A stretch of DNA of 64,000 nt from Phoronis australis. Its lineage: Eukaryota > Animalia > Phoronida. The position numbers and the translations under genes were made by a program. A model generated the notes under the pieces. It searched no databases. It was given only the letters and a program-made list of their open reading frames with translations, and had not been told where the DNA came from. Where the stretch lies: NCBI GenBank assembly GCA_002633005.1, contig NMRA01000275.1, positions 165,336-229,335 of the forward strand. Reading direction: 5' to 3'. Below, piece by piece: positions 13,001-25,000 of the stretch (position 1 is the first letter of the stretch; each line of letters starts with the position of its first letter).

Positions 13001-16000
13001 ATATATAATACATGAGCGCTTCTCTTTGTTTCTGTTACGGTTAAAACTACACTCATTGTTGAATATCTGGGCCTGTGGTAATTCTACCCTTTAGACTTGA
13101 TATGGTAAGTTCGCAAGGTTCCAAACGTTTAAAGGTCCTATACTATTATAAACTTTCATCTTTTTATCATGGCTTTAAAGTTCGTGAAAAGGGTTGAGCA
13201 AGTGTGAATCATCCAAAATGCCCATTAACAACACTTGTAAAGGATGACATCGTTTTATTATAAACATTTTCTGATTTCGTGGACGGTACTCCAAGATTTT
13301 TTGTGCTAAGCAAAGTGCTAAGCTTGGGAAATTCCAACGCATTTTCAAGTCATAAAAGGCGATTTATGTTTTTTGGCTGTCAAATGGTGCAGCTTGTGAA
13401 AATGCAGTACTTTTCAAATTAGTGGAATGTGAAAGACGGACATGTTGTGGACAAAACAAAGTGTGGATTGCAAAGTTAAAATATCATCCAAATAAAACGG
13501 GAAGATGGTCTCATCGTAATTGTACACATAAGATGGATTATCGTCGTCTTACAGCTTTCGTGATTGTCACATTGCGCAATATTTCAGGTAATGGTTTTGA
13601 TCATGTATAGTATTTTCTTTCATTTTTGTAGCACTGGTGTGGGAAAAACAGGTTCTTTCATTACAATTGATGCTATGTTGGAACAAGCCAAACTAGAAGA
13701 AGCCATTGATGTTTTTGATTACGTCAAAAAGATTTCCCAGCAACGTATTGGTATGGTGCAAACACAGGTTCGTTAATTTATAATAAAACTAGTTTCCAGT
13801 CTTAATCATGTGAGTGCAGCTGCTGTAAACGTGCCTTCTGTGAAAGAAACTAAATTTTGATTTAGGCCACTAGCCATTATATACTAGTCTAACTTGTAAC
13901 TTAGTGAGATTAGAAGTAATTTCCTTAGAAAAAATTGGCATCTTTTTATTGCCAACTTCCTACAAGCTTGTTTGACCTGGCTGGTTATTTTTTACTCCAT
14001 TATGATCTCAGACAATTTGCCAAGTGCCAGTCCTTCACAAGCTCAGATATAACTTCTAATTATTGAAAGGAGCCAATGTCGTGATCAGTAGAACAATAGT
14101 CGCATAAATCAACCATCAGTTGTTTTTGCCAGAAGGTGGGTTTGTTCTACCCTTAAATGTGTCAAGCCAACAGTGTGACAAACCAAATATTTTATGTACA
14201 TTTAGGCACAGTATGTCTTCATTCACGATGTGCTTGCCGAAGCACTTGTTTTTGGCGACACCTGTTACGAAGTCAAAGTAGTGGCAGAAAAGTTTGATCA
14301 ACTTCAGACACAGTTAGATCCATCAAGCGGCTTGACATTACTTCAGGAGCAATTCAAGGTATTGCCACACAGTCTTTATTTACAAAGATCAGTTGATCAT
14401 GATTTTGCAATGAAATAAAGTAAATGGTAACATGGGAATAAAATTTGCTTGTTTAGTATGATGTCATTTTGACGTTTTCGACCCTGTGAAATGAAACTAA
14501 ATGTCAAAGTAAAAAACAAAAATAACAATTAAGCCACCTTTACGTCCCACTGTAAATTAGTAAGCACTTAGAAATCATTACCTGACTGTGGACCCGGTCA
14601 ATCTCAATCCTTCTTAACTCCCTAGAGCATGCAATGGGTGCAACCGTTTTCGGACCACAGTGATTAATCTAAACATACAGTTTTAAAAAATTCAAATGTT
14701 ATGACCTGTATTGGAAAAATCCAAGACCTACATAGTTTTCCAAAATGTGATGTGACTGCATTTCTATTCTTATTTTTGTATCCAAATCGCGTCATAATAA
14801 GTGACAAATACCTCATCACTAAACATCCGAATAGTTTGGAGTGATATTCATAATTTCGGTTACCTTTAAGGTAAGCGACTTAGTTATGAGCAACCTTATC
14901 AGCATGTTGTTGCATTAAGTCCCGAATTTTTAGCACAACAGTGAAACAATTTTAGAGCAATTCCTAGTGTTAGAGAACAATTCATAAGTATCGGGAAGTT
15001 CATTGGAATCCGTTACGATGTTCCAAATTATTCCAAACGTGACATTTTTCCAGTGTTTTTTATAGCCTTTAATGCCCTCTGGGATGGTAAATTGTACATG
15101 CAGTTTGATATAGCTGGTGGGTCATCTGCAGTTTACAATGTTGATTACCTTAATGGTTAGACGTATTCTATTGCACATATCAGTTACCCCCTTAAGAGAG
15201 AGACTCTTTTACCATTCCCATACTAGGAACAGTGGTTCATGATTAGATCTATCTGACAACAGTTTCAATGGAGGTGCTGTCCAATAAAACATGCTTAAAT
15301 GTAAGTTTGCATTCTGGGAAAGCATCAGCTGGTGTAGCATGACAATAATAACGGAAGTCTGAGAATTATGAGACGAAGATTAAAGAAATGTTACGTTGGG
15401 AAATGGAAAAGGGAATTTACCAAGCATTTTATGTTTTTCGATTTCACCATTAAATACTAGGGGGCGTACAAAGAAAACATACATCAGAAAACAACGAGAG
15501 TGTTGTCAAATTTCGGTCTCCCACTGCTGGTTCACGTACTGACTGTCGTCCTGGGTCTGATGAATTTGGACATTTTTCGTTGACACCTTGCGAATTAAAC
15601 TTTGTTTTCTCTGATTTAGACCGATGTAAGAAATTGGTCCTAAATTGTCTTTAAGTCAGAGGTAATTTCATGACTTCGTAAGAGTTGATGATTTGACAAG
15701 TTGGTCAGTTATTTGCAAGCCCAGAAATCACGTCTCATCTGAGTTAGGAACAAGTTAAGGCCAATGTAACAGCTGTAAGTGGTCTTTAGCTATTCTTGTT
15801 CACTTTCTTGATGGAACGCCGGTTTATATCCAGCTTTGATTACATGAACATGACTAAAAAGCTTTAGTTGCAATCTGACACAAAATTTTATTTCAAATGC
15901 AACAAAAACGACAATGCCCTGACATTGAGAAATAAGAAAATTACACATTAAAGAACATAGTAAAAACAGAGGACCTGCCACTCCCTATCAATGAGCAATA

Positions 16001-19000
16001 ATTACATAAGTTTCCATTGCTAGTATAACAGTGAAATAGAAAACTTCATAGCAATAGTTTCCATAAATAACTACCTATTATTGCCATGCTTCTGTTAGCA
16101 ACGCATAACTGAATGTTCGAAAGTATTAGAATCCTTTATTGTTTTATTTTTCTATTTTAACAGGAAACTGATTTAAGGAAATTCATAATCCAAAAATGAA
16201 ATAGAAGTTAAGCATATTTACTTCCTCCGTAAGATTTGAAATCCGTGGATATTTATTTTACTTGAAAGTTCAGTATTCACAATGCCTATACATTACAAGT
16301 ACTTGCTATTGGTATCCATGTTAAATATTTGCCAAATATGCGTATTTTATGGGAGGACATCAGTTTACCTCAGCTGCGTAGAAAATGTTTGTCGAACTTG
16401 TGTAGGTCTTTTGAGCTTGTTGTTATCTTAGACGGCTCAATCACAGTAGTGTGTTGAATGTCGACATGTTCTGAGTTGATGCAAAGACAATTATTTTCAC
16501 TGAGATGTCTGTGGGTCTGACCAGTATGTGTACATTTTTTCAGCGATATTTTTTGTGAAATGCAAACTTGTTATTTGCTGACTAGCACATCATTTTTCCT
16601 ATAGGTAGGCAATGAGATTTGTCTTTTGTGGTACCTGGTGCAATCTCTCGTTCTTTCTTTTAGTTACTTGACAACATTACATTTGACAACTATAAGGATT
16701 GCTCCATAGGGCAACGTAACGAAAATACTTCAAAAAACAGATTCCAGCTAATCCTGCCTTGTAAGTGAAATTAGTAGTCTAGACTTTTGCTGTTCTTTAT
16801 GCTGCTGATAGTAGCGAAGTTTTCTTCTTTGATATAAGGAATTATGTTACTCTTTCATATAAAAAAAATTATAAAGATGTTATTGAATCAACATTTTTGC
16901 ATCAGCGAAATTTACATTACTTTGTATTTGCCCATGTAAACGCCCATCTGCTACTTAATTCCCTTTTGAGTCTTTGTCCTTAATTGCTCGTTTTGGGTGT
17001 TACACCTACCTCCAAGATTTGAAGTTTGGACAGTTCGTTCGTTTAAAGCGTCCATCTATTTGTAAATATTATTCTACAACAGGGTAGGATAATTTCACTA
17101 CGTTAAACATTCGAAAAGATTGTTTTCAACGATTGTCGGATTCACTTTTAAAGCTGCATTTCGTCCTGTTTATCTTGCTGACAAACAAAAATAAAATTAG
17201 GCCTTTCATTCTCATAAAGTCGGTCTCATAATATTCCTTACCATGATACGATTCATTTCCCGTTACAAAGAAGAGCATCGAAGCCGTCAGTGGTTAACCG
17301 ATTCATAATTTATTAGGGTTGTCAAACTCGGAAATTGAGAGTTCGAAATGGCATTGGTAGGCATTGCCTGTGTTCTTCTTGGTAATGGAGATGGAAACCC
17401 ATCGCGGTAAGGAGCATTATGAAACCGTTTTTAAGAGATTAAGAAGCCTAATTCGAGTTTCGTTTTTAGCTAAACTGGGTGAAATGCAGGTTGAATCCCC
17501 GTGTTTGGCTTAAAAACCACGTTCTTTTTTGTATCACTGTTCAAACGCTGTGAGCACATTATTCATAAGAAGGCGCTTTATATTATTAAACATACACGGC
17601 TGTAGATTAACATTTACATTCATGTATGAATTCTTAGCATTGGCTACAGTTACTCCAAGTTCACTAACAATACCAAAAATTGTCGAATCTATTTGACAGC
17701 CGATCAGAATCGCGTCGTTCTGCCAGACGCTGATGGTAATTCGGATTACATCAACGCCACGTATGTTTCTGTAAGTCGCCTGCATAAAGTTACTTTGCCA
17801 CTAAACAAGAATACCAAAGTTAGCTGTACATGTTTTTGAAGCTTGTGAAATGAAAAGAATGTTTTGCTATTTCTCTACAAGTTGATAATTAACGCATCTT
17901 ATTGTCCTACACAGCGCTACACAGTCAAACGGAAATCATTTTTTTTAAATGGAACATGCTAAGTTAGCATCAGTGAAGCCCTTGTTACAGCAATGTTTGG
18001 ATTACATTCTGCAAGCATCATACGTAATCCAAGAACGCTCACTTCTTGTATCAAAGAACCAAAACAACCTCTTGAAGTCTTAGATATTATTAATGTTTGT
18101 TTCTAAAATGTTCACAAGTAAATTCTTGTTCATATTGAAAATATGCGTATTGTTTTGTTTCATCACAGGGTCTCAAACGACAAGACATGTTTGTAGCAAC
18201 CCAATGTCCGCTTAAACACACGGTTGACCAGTTCTGGCAGATGGTGTACGTATGCGGCTCAACAACGATTGTGTCTCTCAATAACTGGGATGAGGACCCG
18301 GTAATATTTTGTACTATTGTTAACATTTTGTTTATTCTTCGTGACCAGCTAAATGAATGATGATTGATTTTTAGGAAGGCCTCGAGAGAAAGAAATAAAA
18401 CTAATAGCAAATTAAAATTATAAATGAATTATACGTTGAAGTTATAAAAGGAATGAGATAAACGAATCTAACCGAACGGAAGTAAAGATAAAAATGAAAC
18501 GCATAATCATAAATTAAGGCATTAATAGAGACAATAGTAAGCTGTTTGACAAAAGCACAGAGATTCATTCCATTGTGATACTTAATTTTGAACTAGATTA
18601 TTCTTGTCGAGTTTTCTTAAAGTTGAATCAAGTTTATTGTAGAAAATAGTTCCACGGTATGTAAATGATCGTTGTCCTGTTGACAAGCGAAATTCAGGAA
18701 CAATCTGACAAGAATTGAAGCTGTTTCCGTTGAATCTCTGTGTACGTAATTTTCTGAAGTGAATTTCGGAGCTATGTTGATTTGGTTGCGGAGAACCTTG
18801 CACAATGACTGTGAAATGGCTTACAGTTTCATTCATCGACCGTAGTCCAGCCTAGTAATGCCAGAATGCAAGTGACATTGGTGTCTGACACTCCAACGGG
18901 TTATACTTATTCCCGATTCCCTTGCTGGCTAAAATAGTAGTGCTTTCGCTAGCAGTAAAAACGCAAAAAAGTAGCAAGGGTCACTTTTGCTTGCACTTTG

Positions 19001-22000
19001 CTGGAGGTTTGAGTTAACCTAAAACTTCTGACGTTTTCTCTAGCACTGTTGTAGCCAGACTGCCTACTTCACACGTCCTCACGTGTAAAAGGCCTTTTGT
19101 TATATCGTCATACCAATCAATTTATTCCAGATAGTGAACGTGCTTCGTGAGGAAACTGTTGGCGAATACTACCCCTTCGTGGACAGCTCGTCTGTCAAGC
19201 TAAAATGCCCGTGTTTTCGCTAGCATTTTAGCCATTGAAACTCCTAGCGTTTTCGCCACTCATGTGAACCTAGCCTAGTGACAAAAGTGTCGCTGACATT
19301 CCGATCGCGCAAGCAAAATAATTGACCATTGCGACCGTTCACATTAAAGGCGTATTTGCCGCTAAATGAAGTGCAAGCATTTTACTGGGTGGCTAAAATG
19401 CTAGCGTTTTCTCTAGCACTTTTGCTTGTATTAAACCAGGAGTAACAAGTGCCACTTTTTCTATTGCTTTTCTGGCGGTTGTATTTAACCCCAAAACTGC
19501 TGGATCTTTCGTAGCCAGATCGCTTAACTAAAGGTACACTTGCGCAGGGGTAAGAGGCCTTTTTCATAGTCGCACTAATGAGAGGGGTAGAACGGGAAAA
19601 ATGACCCCATTCGCGTACAGCTCGTCTATCTGGCTAAAACGGTACGGATCCCCTACCGTTTTCACCGGTGAACAGAACGGGTTTGAAATTTTCGCAGGAC
19701 CATTAGGACTTTTGGTTGTACATAAAGGTGGTGTAAATGTACGTTTTACATACTCTCTTAATTATCAAAACATTTCAAGGTTTATTCGGATAGACATGCC
19801 AACCTTATGTCCAAATTTATAGATGATACACAAATACATATCCTTATATCCGAATGCACACACACACACGCGCGCGCGCGCGCGCGCGCGCACGCACGCA
19901 CACACACACGCACACATATGCATATGCATATGTATATGTATATATCAATCAATTAATGACCTGTAGCAACTGCTACCCAGTCACAACTTGGGCGTATATG
20001 TCACTATTTCCAAAGAGAACGTACAAAAAGGCAACGCATACATGTATACAATGACAAAAGAAAAGAAAATCAGACCTACCTGCTCAGGTATTATTAAGTA
20101 AGTAACAAGTGCCAACTTTTTTCGCCTGAGAAATGCCTCATAAATGAACTGATAACTAATTTACTTGCAATGGTGTTAGTCATCAAGAAAACGAACTGGT
20201 TCTGAATTCCTATCTCGCCAAATGACGGCCAGAGCAACATGACCTGTGCAAAAAAAACAGTTCTGAGATCAGAGTAAGATCACACGAGCAAAGGAAATGT
20301 GTCTCATCCTCTACGCATGAGGCAGACAACAATTACACAAGTGCACCTCAACCGAAGTAAAAATACCGAAACGACCAGTTTCCAGTCTCAGCCACAAGAC
20401 TTAACATCTAAATTGATAAAAGAGGGATTTATTTTTTCTAGAAATGCTCATTTAAAATAAACTTCTGTTTAATGATTAGTTTTAAATTTGTGTTTGCTCA
20501 CAATTTCTGCCCTCTATTCAGACTTGGAAAGATTCATCAGTTTCATTTGGCATTATTNTTCTTCATATCAGCAAATGTTACAAATGTGGGAAGGTTTTCA
20601 TTTTTATGCGCCCACATATTTATATGTGGACGCACTATGCCGTCATCGCCGTCCGTCCGTCTGTCCGTCCGTCCGTCTGTACGGCGTCCGTCCGTCCGGC
20701 GTCCGCTGCTCTATCTCCAAAACCCTTTGACATACGTTTATGAAATTCTGTACATATGCCCCTATCGTAGATGGGACGGCATGAGCGAACGGACGGATCC
20801 AACTATCGGTGTGCCCCCGAGTGGCAATTTTAGTTTTTACGTATACCGCTATATCTTCAAAAGTGTTCAACGTATTTTCATAACATTTGCCATATAGGCA
20901 TCTATTAGTGAGATGACGCTATCCGCCCGTTTTCGGATGGATTCAACGCAGGTTGCGCTACCCAGTAGCCATTTTTGCTGCTTTCGAGTCTGTTTTTGGC
21001 GTCCACCCCTCTATCAACCAAACCGCTCTTAGGATGATTGTGGAAATTAGAATGTATGTTCTAACCATGAAGAGGACGGCTGACGATGATTTTCCGACGA
21101 TTTCGAATACTGTGGCGTCTCCTAGTGGCAGTTTTTTGCGCCCATGGCTGTATCTCCTAAACTGTTGGCTGGATCTTTACTAAATTCAGCAAGACAAGTG
21201 TATTTATATGATGTTCACAATGGATGACGACGACGACTTTCGGTCGGATCTGACTACCGGTGTGATCCCTAGTGGCAGTTTTTGTTTTTTTTTACGTTTA
21301 CCTCTGTATCTTCAAATGTCCTCAACGTATATGCATAAAATTTGGAATATAGGCATCTATTAGTGATATGACGCTATCCTCCTATTTTCGTATGGATTCG
21401 ATGTTGTTTGCACCATCTAGTGGCCATTTTTACTGTTTGTAGTCTGTTTTGGCGTCCATCACTCTATCAACCAAACCGCTGATTTTGAAAATTGGCATGT
21501 ACACTGTATGTTCTTACTACGAAGCTGACGATGATTTTTCGACGACTTCGACTCCTGTGGCGCTTCCTAGTGGCAGTATCTCCTAAACCGTTTGCAGCAT
21601 CTTTGCTAAATTTAGCAAGTGTATTTATATGATGTTGACAAGGGATGACAACAGCTTTCCGACGGATCTGACTACCAGTATGCCCCCTGTTGCAATTTTC
21701 ATTTTTAGGCTTACCTCTGTATCTTCAAAGGTCCTCAACGGATTATCAGAAAGTTTGGAATATAGGCATTTATTTGTGAGATGATGCTATCCTCCCGCTT
21801 TGGGATGGAATCAAGGTACTTTGTGCCACCTAGTGGTCATTTTTTCTGTTTTCGAGTCCTATTTTTAGCGTCCACCCCTCCATCAACCAAACCATTCTAA
21901 GAATGATTTTAAAAATTGGCGTATGTGTTTTCAGTGTGAAGAGAACGGTTGACGATGACGAATTCGACTACTGTGGCGCCTCCTAGTGGTAGTTTTGTTT

Positions 22001-25000
22001 TGGTTTGCGTCCATACCTCCATCTCCTAAACTCACTGCAGGATCTTTATTAAATTTAGTAATTGTATTTATATGAAGCTAACAACAGACGACGACGTCTT
22101 TCACACGGATCCTATGAACGCTGTCTCATCGTGGCAATTTCATTTTGTTTTCCTTTGTTTCTCTTAAGTTTCTTAACATATTTTTGTGAAATTTAATATA
22201 TAGCTTTTCATTAAAAAAGCAATGACATGTCTCCATTTTCAGATGCATTGGATGTTTTTTCGCCATTTAGTGGCTATTTTATGAAACAAATAAACAACCC
22301 TAGAAACACTCCATTTGCGGTTCATTCGTGGGCGAATTTCTACGCTCCGCGTTGCTGTTGTTCCTGTGTTGGATTATAGACGCCAATGAAAAGAACATGG
22401 TCAATATATGATTTACCTTTTCGGAAACCGTTTTGCTTCTCAGCAAGCATCCTATACTTCTCAACATAAAACGATACTCTAGCATTCAGAATACCGCAAT
22501 ATTTTTTTTAAACACAAGAAAGCAAGCCGATTACCCTGTAATTTACACGAGGATCTTTATCTGAACCTTTCGAAACAGGAATAATATTGGTTTTCAATCA
22601 CACTTAGGGGACATACCGCTAATTAAAAATAGCTTGAAACAGGTTAGATATTATAATTTTCTGAACTTCTTGCACAGTAATGCCAGAGTTCAGTTCGTCA
22701 TTGCATATGTAATAACATGGGCGGCACAGCACTGAAATAAATGGGGGGGCTATAGCCACCAATTCCCCTATGGTGCGCCGCCCATGAATCAGGGGACGGC
22801 ATTAAACTTTTAACATTATTCTTTTGACCTTTTAAAATTTATCATCAAATGACAATTCCGGAGCAAAATCGGAGTAAAGCGATTGATACTCAGTCCTTCA
22901 TTAAGTACAAAATTCAGATTCGTGCGAACTGAATTATCTTCATCATCAACCTCGAAAGGCACAGTTTTATTACTTCGTGGACCCAGTTTCTTGATATGGT
23001 CCCAGAATACCTGCAACTTTTGAGTATTGAGATTTTCGATCTTTTGTATTAAGCTTTTGTTAGAAGTTCTCTCAGTTTTCAAGTTTGTCGAAATTGTTTT
23101 GGACAATAATAAACATTTTTCTAAATAACTTCTTTACTGCACTATTCCCTTTACATTTCGAAAATTCTTTTTCCTTCTGGCACATTTATGTCCATGATGC
23201 AGATAAATGTGCATTCCAGTATTCCAGTAATGGCTGCCGCAAATTCTGTTGACCTCATGACTTTCTCAAGTAAAGGAACACACGTATCATAACGGCGATG
23301 ATGAGTGTCGTTTGCCACCTCCTCACCAAGCGCGTTATCAAGCCGGACGCAGTGACGAACCCTGAGTTCAAGGGTAAACAATGAAGGACCAGGAGCTTTG
23401 CATCTTTCGTTCACTAGATGCTTGAAGTTTAGCATCTCAATAAGCTTATTTGTGTTCAGAACTTGGAAGCGCCCACAATCGCCAAAACAAACGTGGGTGT
23501 TATAAAATAATCAACGACTGCCTCCCGTTCAATAATGCTAGGACTTCGCTAAAAAGCAAGAATTCGCGAGATTGCGTGAGATATTGCCGTGTATTTTAAA
23601 TGAGAACACGCGACTTTGGCTAGATTTTAGCTAGGTCATAGAGTAGGTCCTAGCGTTTCTGAACGCATGCCTGACTTACCCCTACCGGAAACAGGTGAGT
23701 TCACCACTTACAAGGTTGACCTTCCCATTTATAACACACACATTAGAGTCCAAAAGGAAATCAATTAGAGATGTATCATGTGAATTAACGGGAGCATCGT
23801 CAATTACATTCCTTTGAGTAATATGATCAATTCCCTCAATTACGTCATTGAGTGAGGCCACTCTTGCATTAAAATCGCCGCAGATAACTATTCTATTAGC
23901 ATCGACTGCAGAGTTATATTGTTGCGTCAACGGATGAGAAAAAATTGGCTGCTATTTTGGCCGCGGGATGACCACTCAGGTGACATGTAACTAACAAAAG
24001 TAATAATAGTGTAAGCTGACACTTGTGTTTCAACTGTACACAGAGTATGCTTTCAAAGGACTTGTCCACTACAGTAATATGATAACCATTGTATAAGTAC
24101 ACTTACATCCCCAGAACCCCTGCGAGCTTTGTTATGTAACAATAAACGATTTGTGCCTACCATGAATAACCTTCAAGTGTGGGACTGATAGAATCACTTT
24201 TAAGTGAGTTTCAGTTACTGCAACAACATCTGCATTCAGGTGACACAACATATCAGATCTTAGAACCGAGTTCTGATCAGAACAGCTATTTACATTCCAC
24301 AGTGCTATAGACAAAATAGGGCTGTCAAGATCATGTGACTGAGTATCGTTATTTCTTGCATTCTGTTGTTGTGCGTTTCTATTCCTGTCACTTTTCTCTA
24401 TACGACCACTACCAGTAAAGTAAAACTTTTCTCTAGACCAAGCTCCTTCAGCAACTCCCTCATGTGTACCAGGTGTCCCAAAAAAATTCTCGGCAACGGA
24501 TAAACCGATTTTTTCAAATTTCTTACTGATCAACCTTTCGTGTCTTAGCTTCTGGACTGTACATAGCAATAGAAACATTTCCCTGTGTCGATCACAGCAT
24601 CGGAAAATAACGGTGGAAATTATGCTGATTTGCAGAACTTGAAGTAAGGACTATCGCAAAGCAGAAGTTTTAACGCGGTCGGCGAACGCTGCGAGCAGAC
24701 GATTGCTTCAGTAAAAAAACACATACTCGTTATTAGGTCTTGATTTCCTGTAAAGACCTTAGATCCCAGGGTAGATATAGTGTATACATCCATAACGAAA
24801 CGTTTTTGTTGGATTTGAATTAAATTTTGCAGATTTTACTACCCAAAAATAGCCGCCTGATCACCGTGCGTCGGAATTTTCATCGGTAAATCTTTTCTGT
24901 TTTTAGAGCAGTAAAACTGATTTTTCAGGAACGATGCCTTGAGTTAATGATTTAGGTAACCCAAATGATTGAGCCCAATAACATTTGGCGTTGTACACGC

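Larger units (their letters stand above)
10877..14304 (+). repeat. Near-identical ~1.04-kb duplication (10877-11916 vs 13266-14304) broken at N11917
   Basis: Direct comparison shows only scattered substitutions and 1-bp indels; the first copy ends at the N. Confidence 0.92.
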
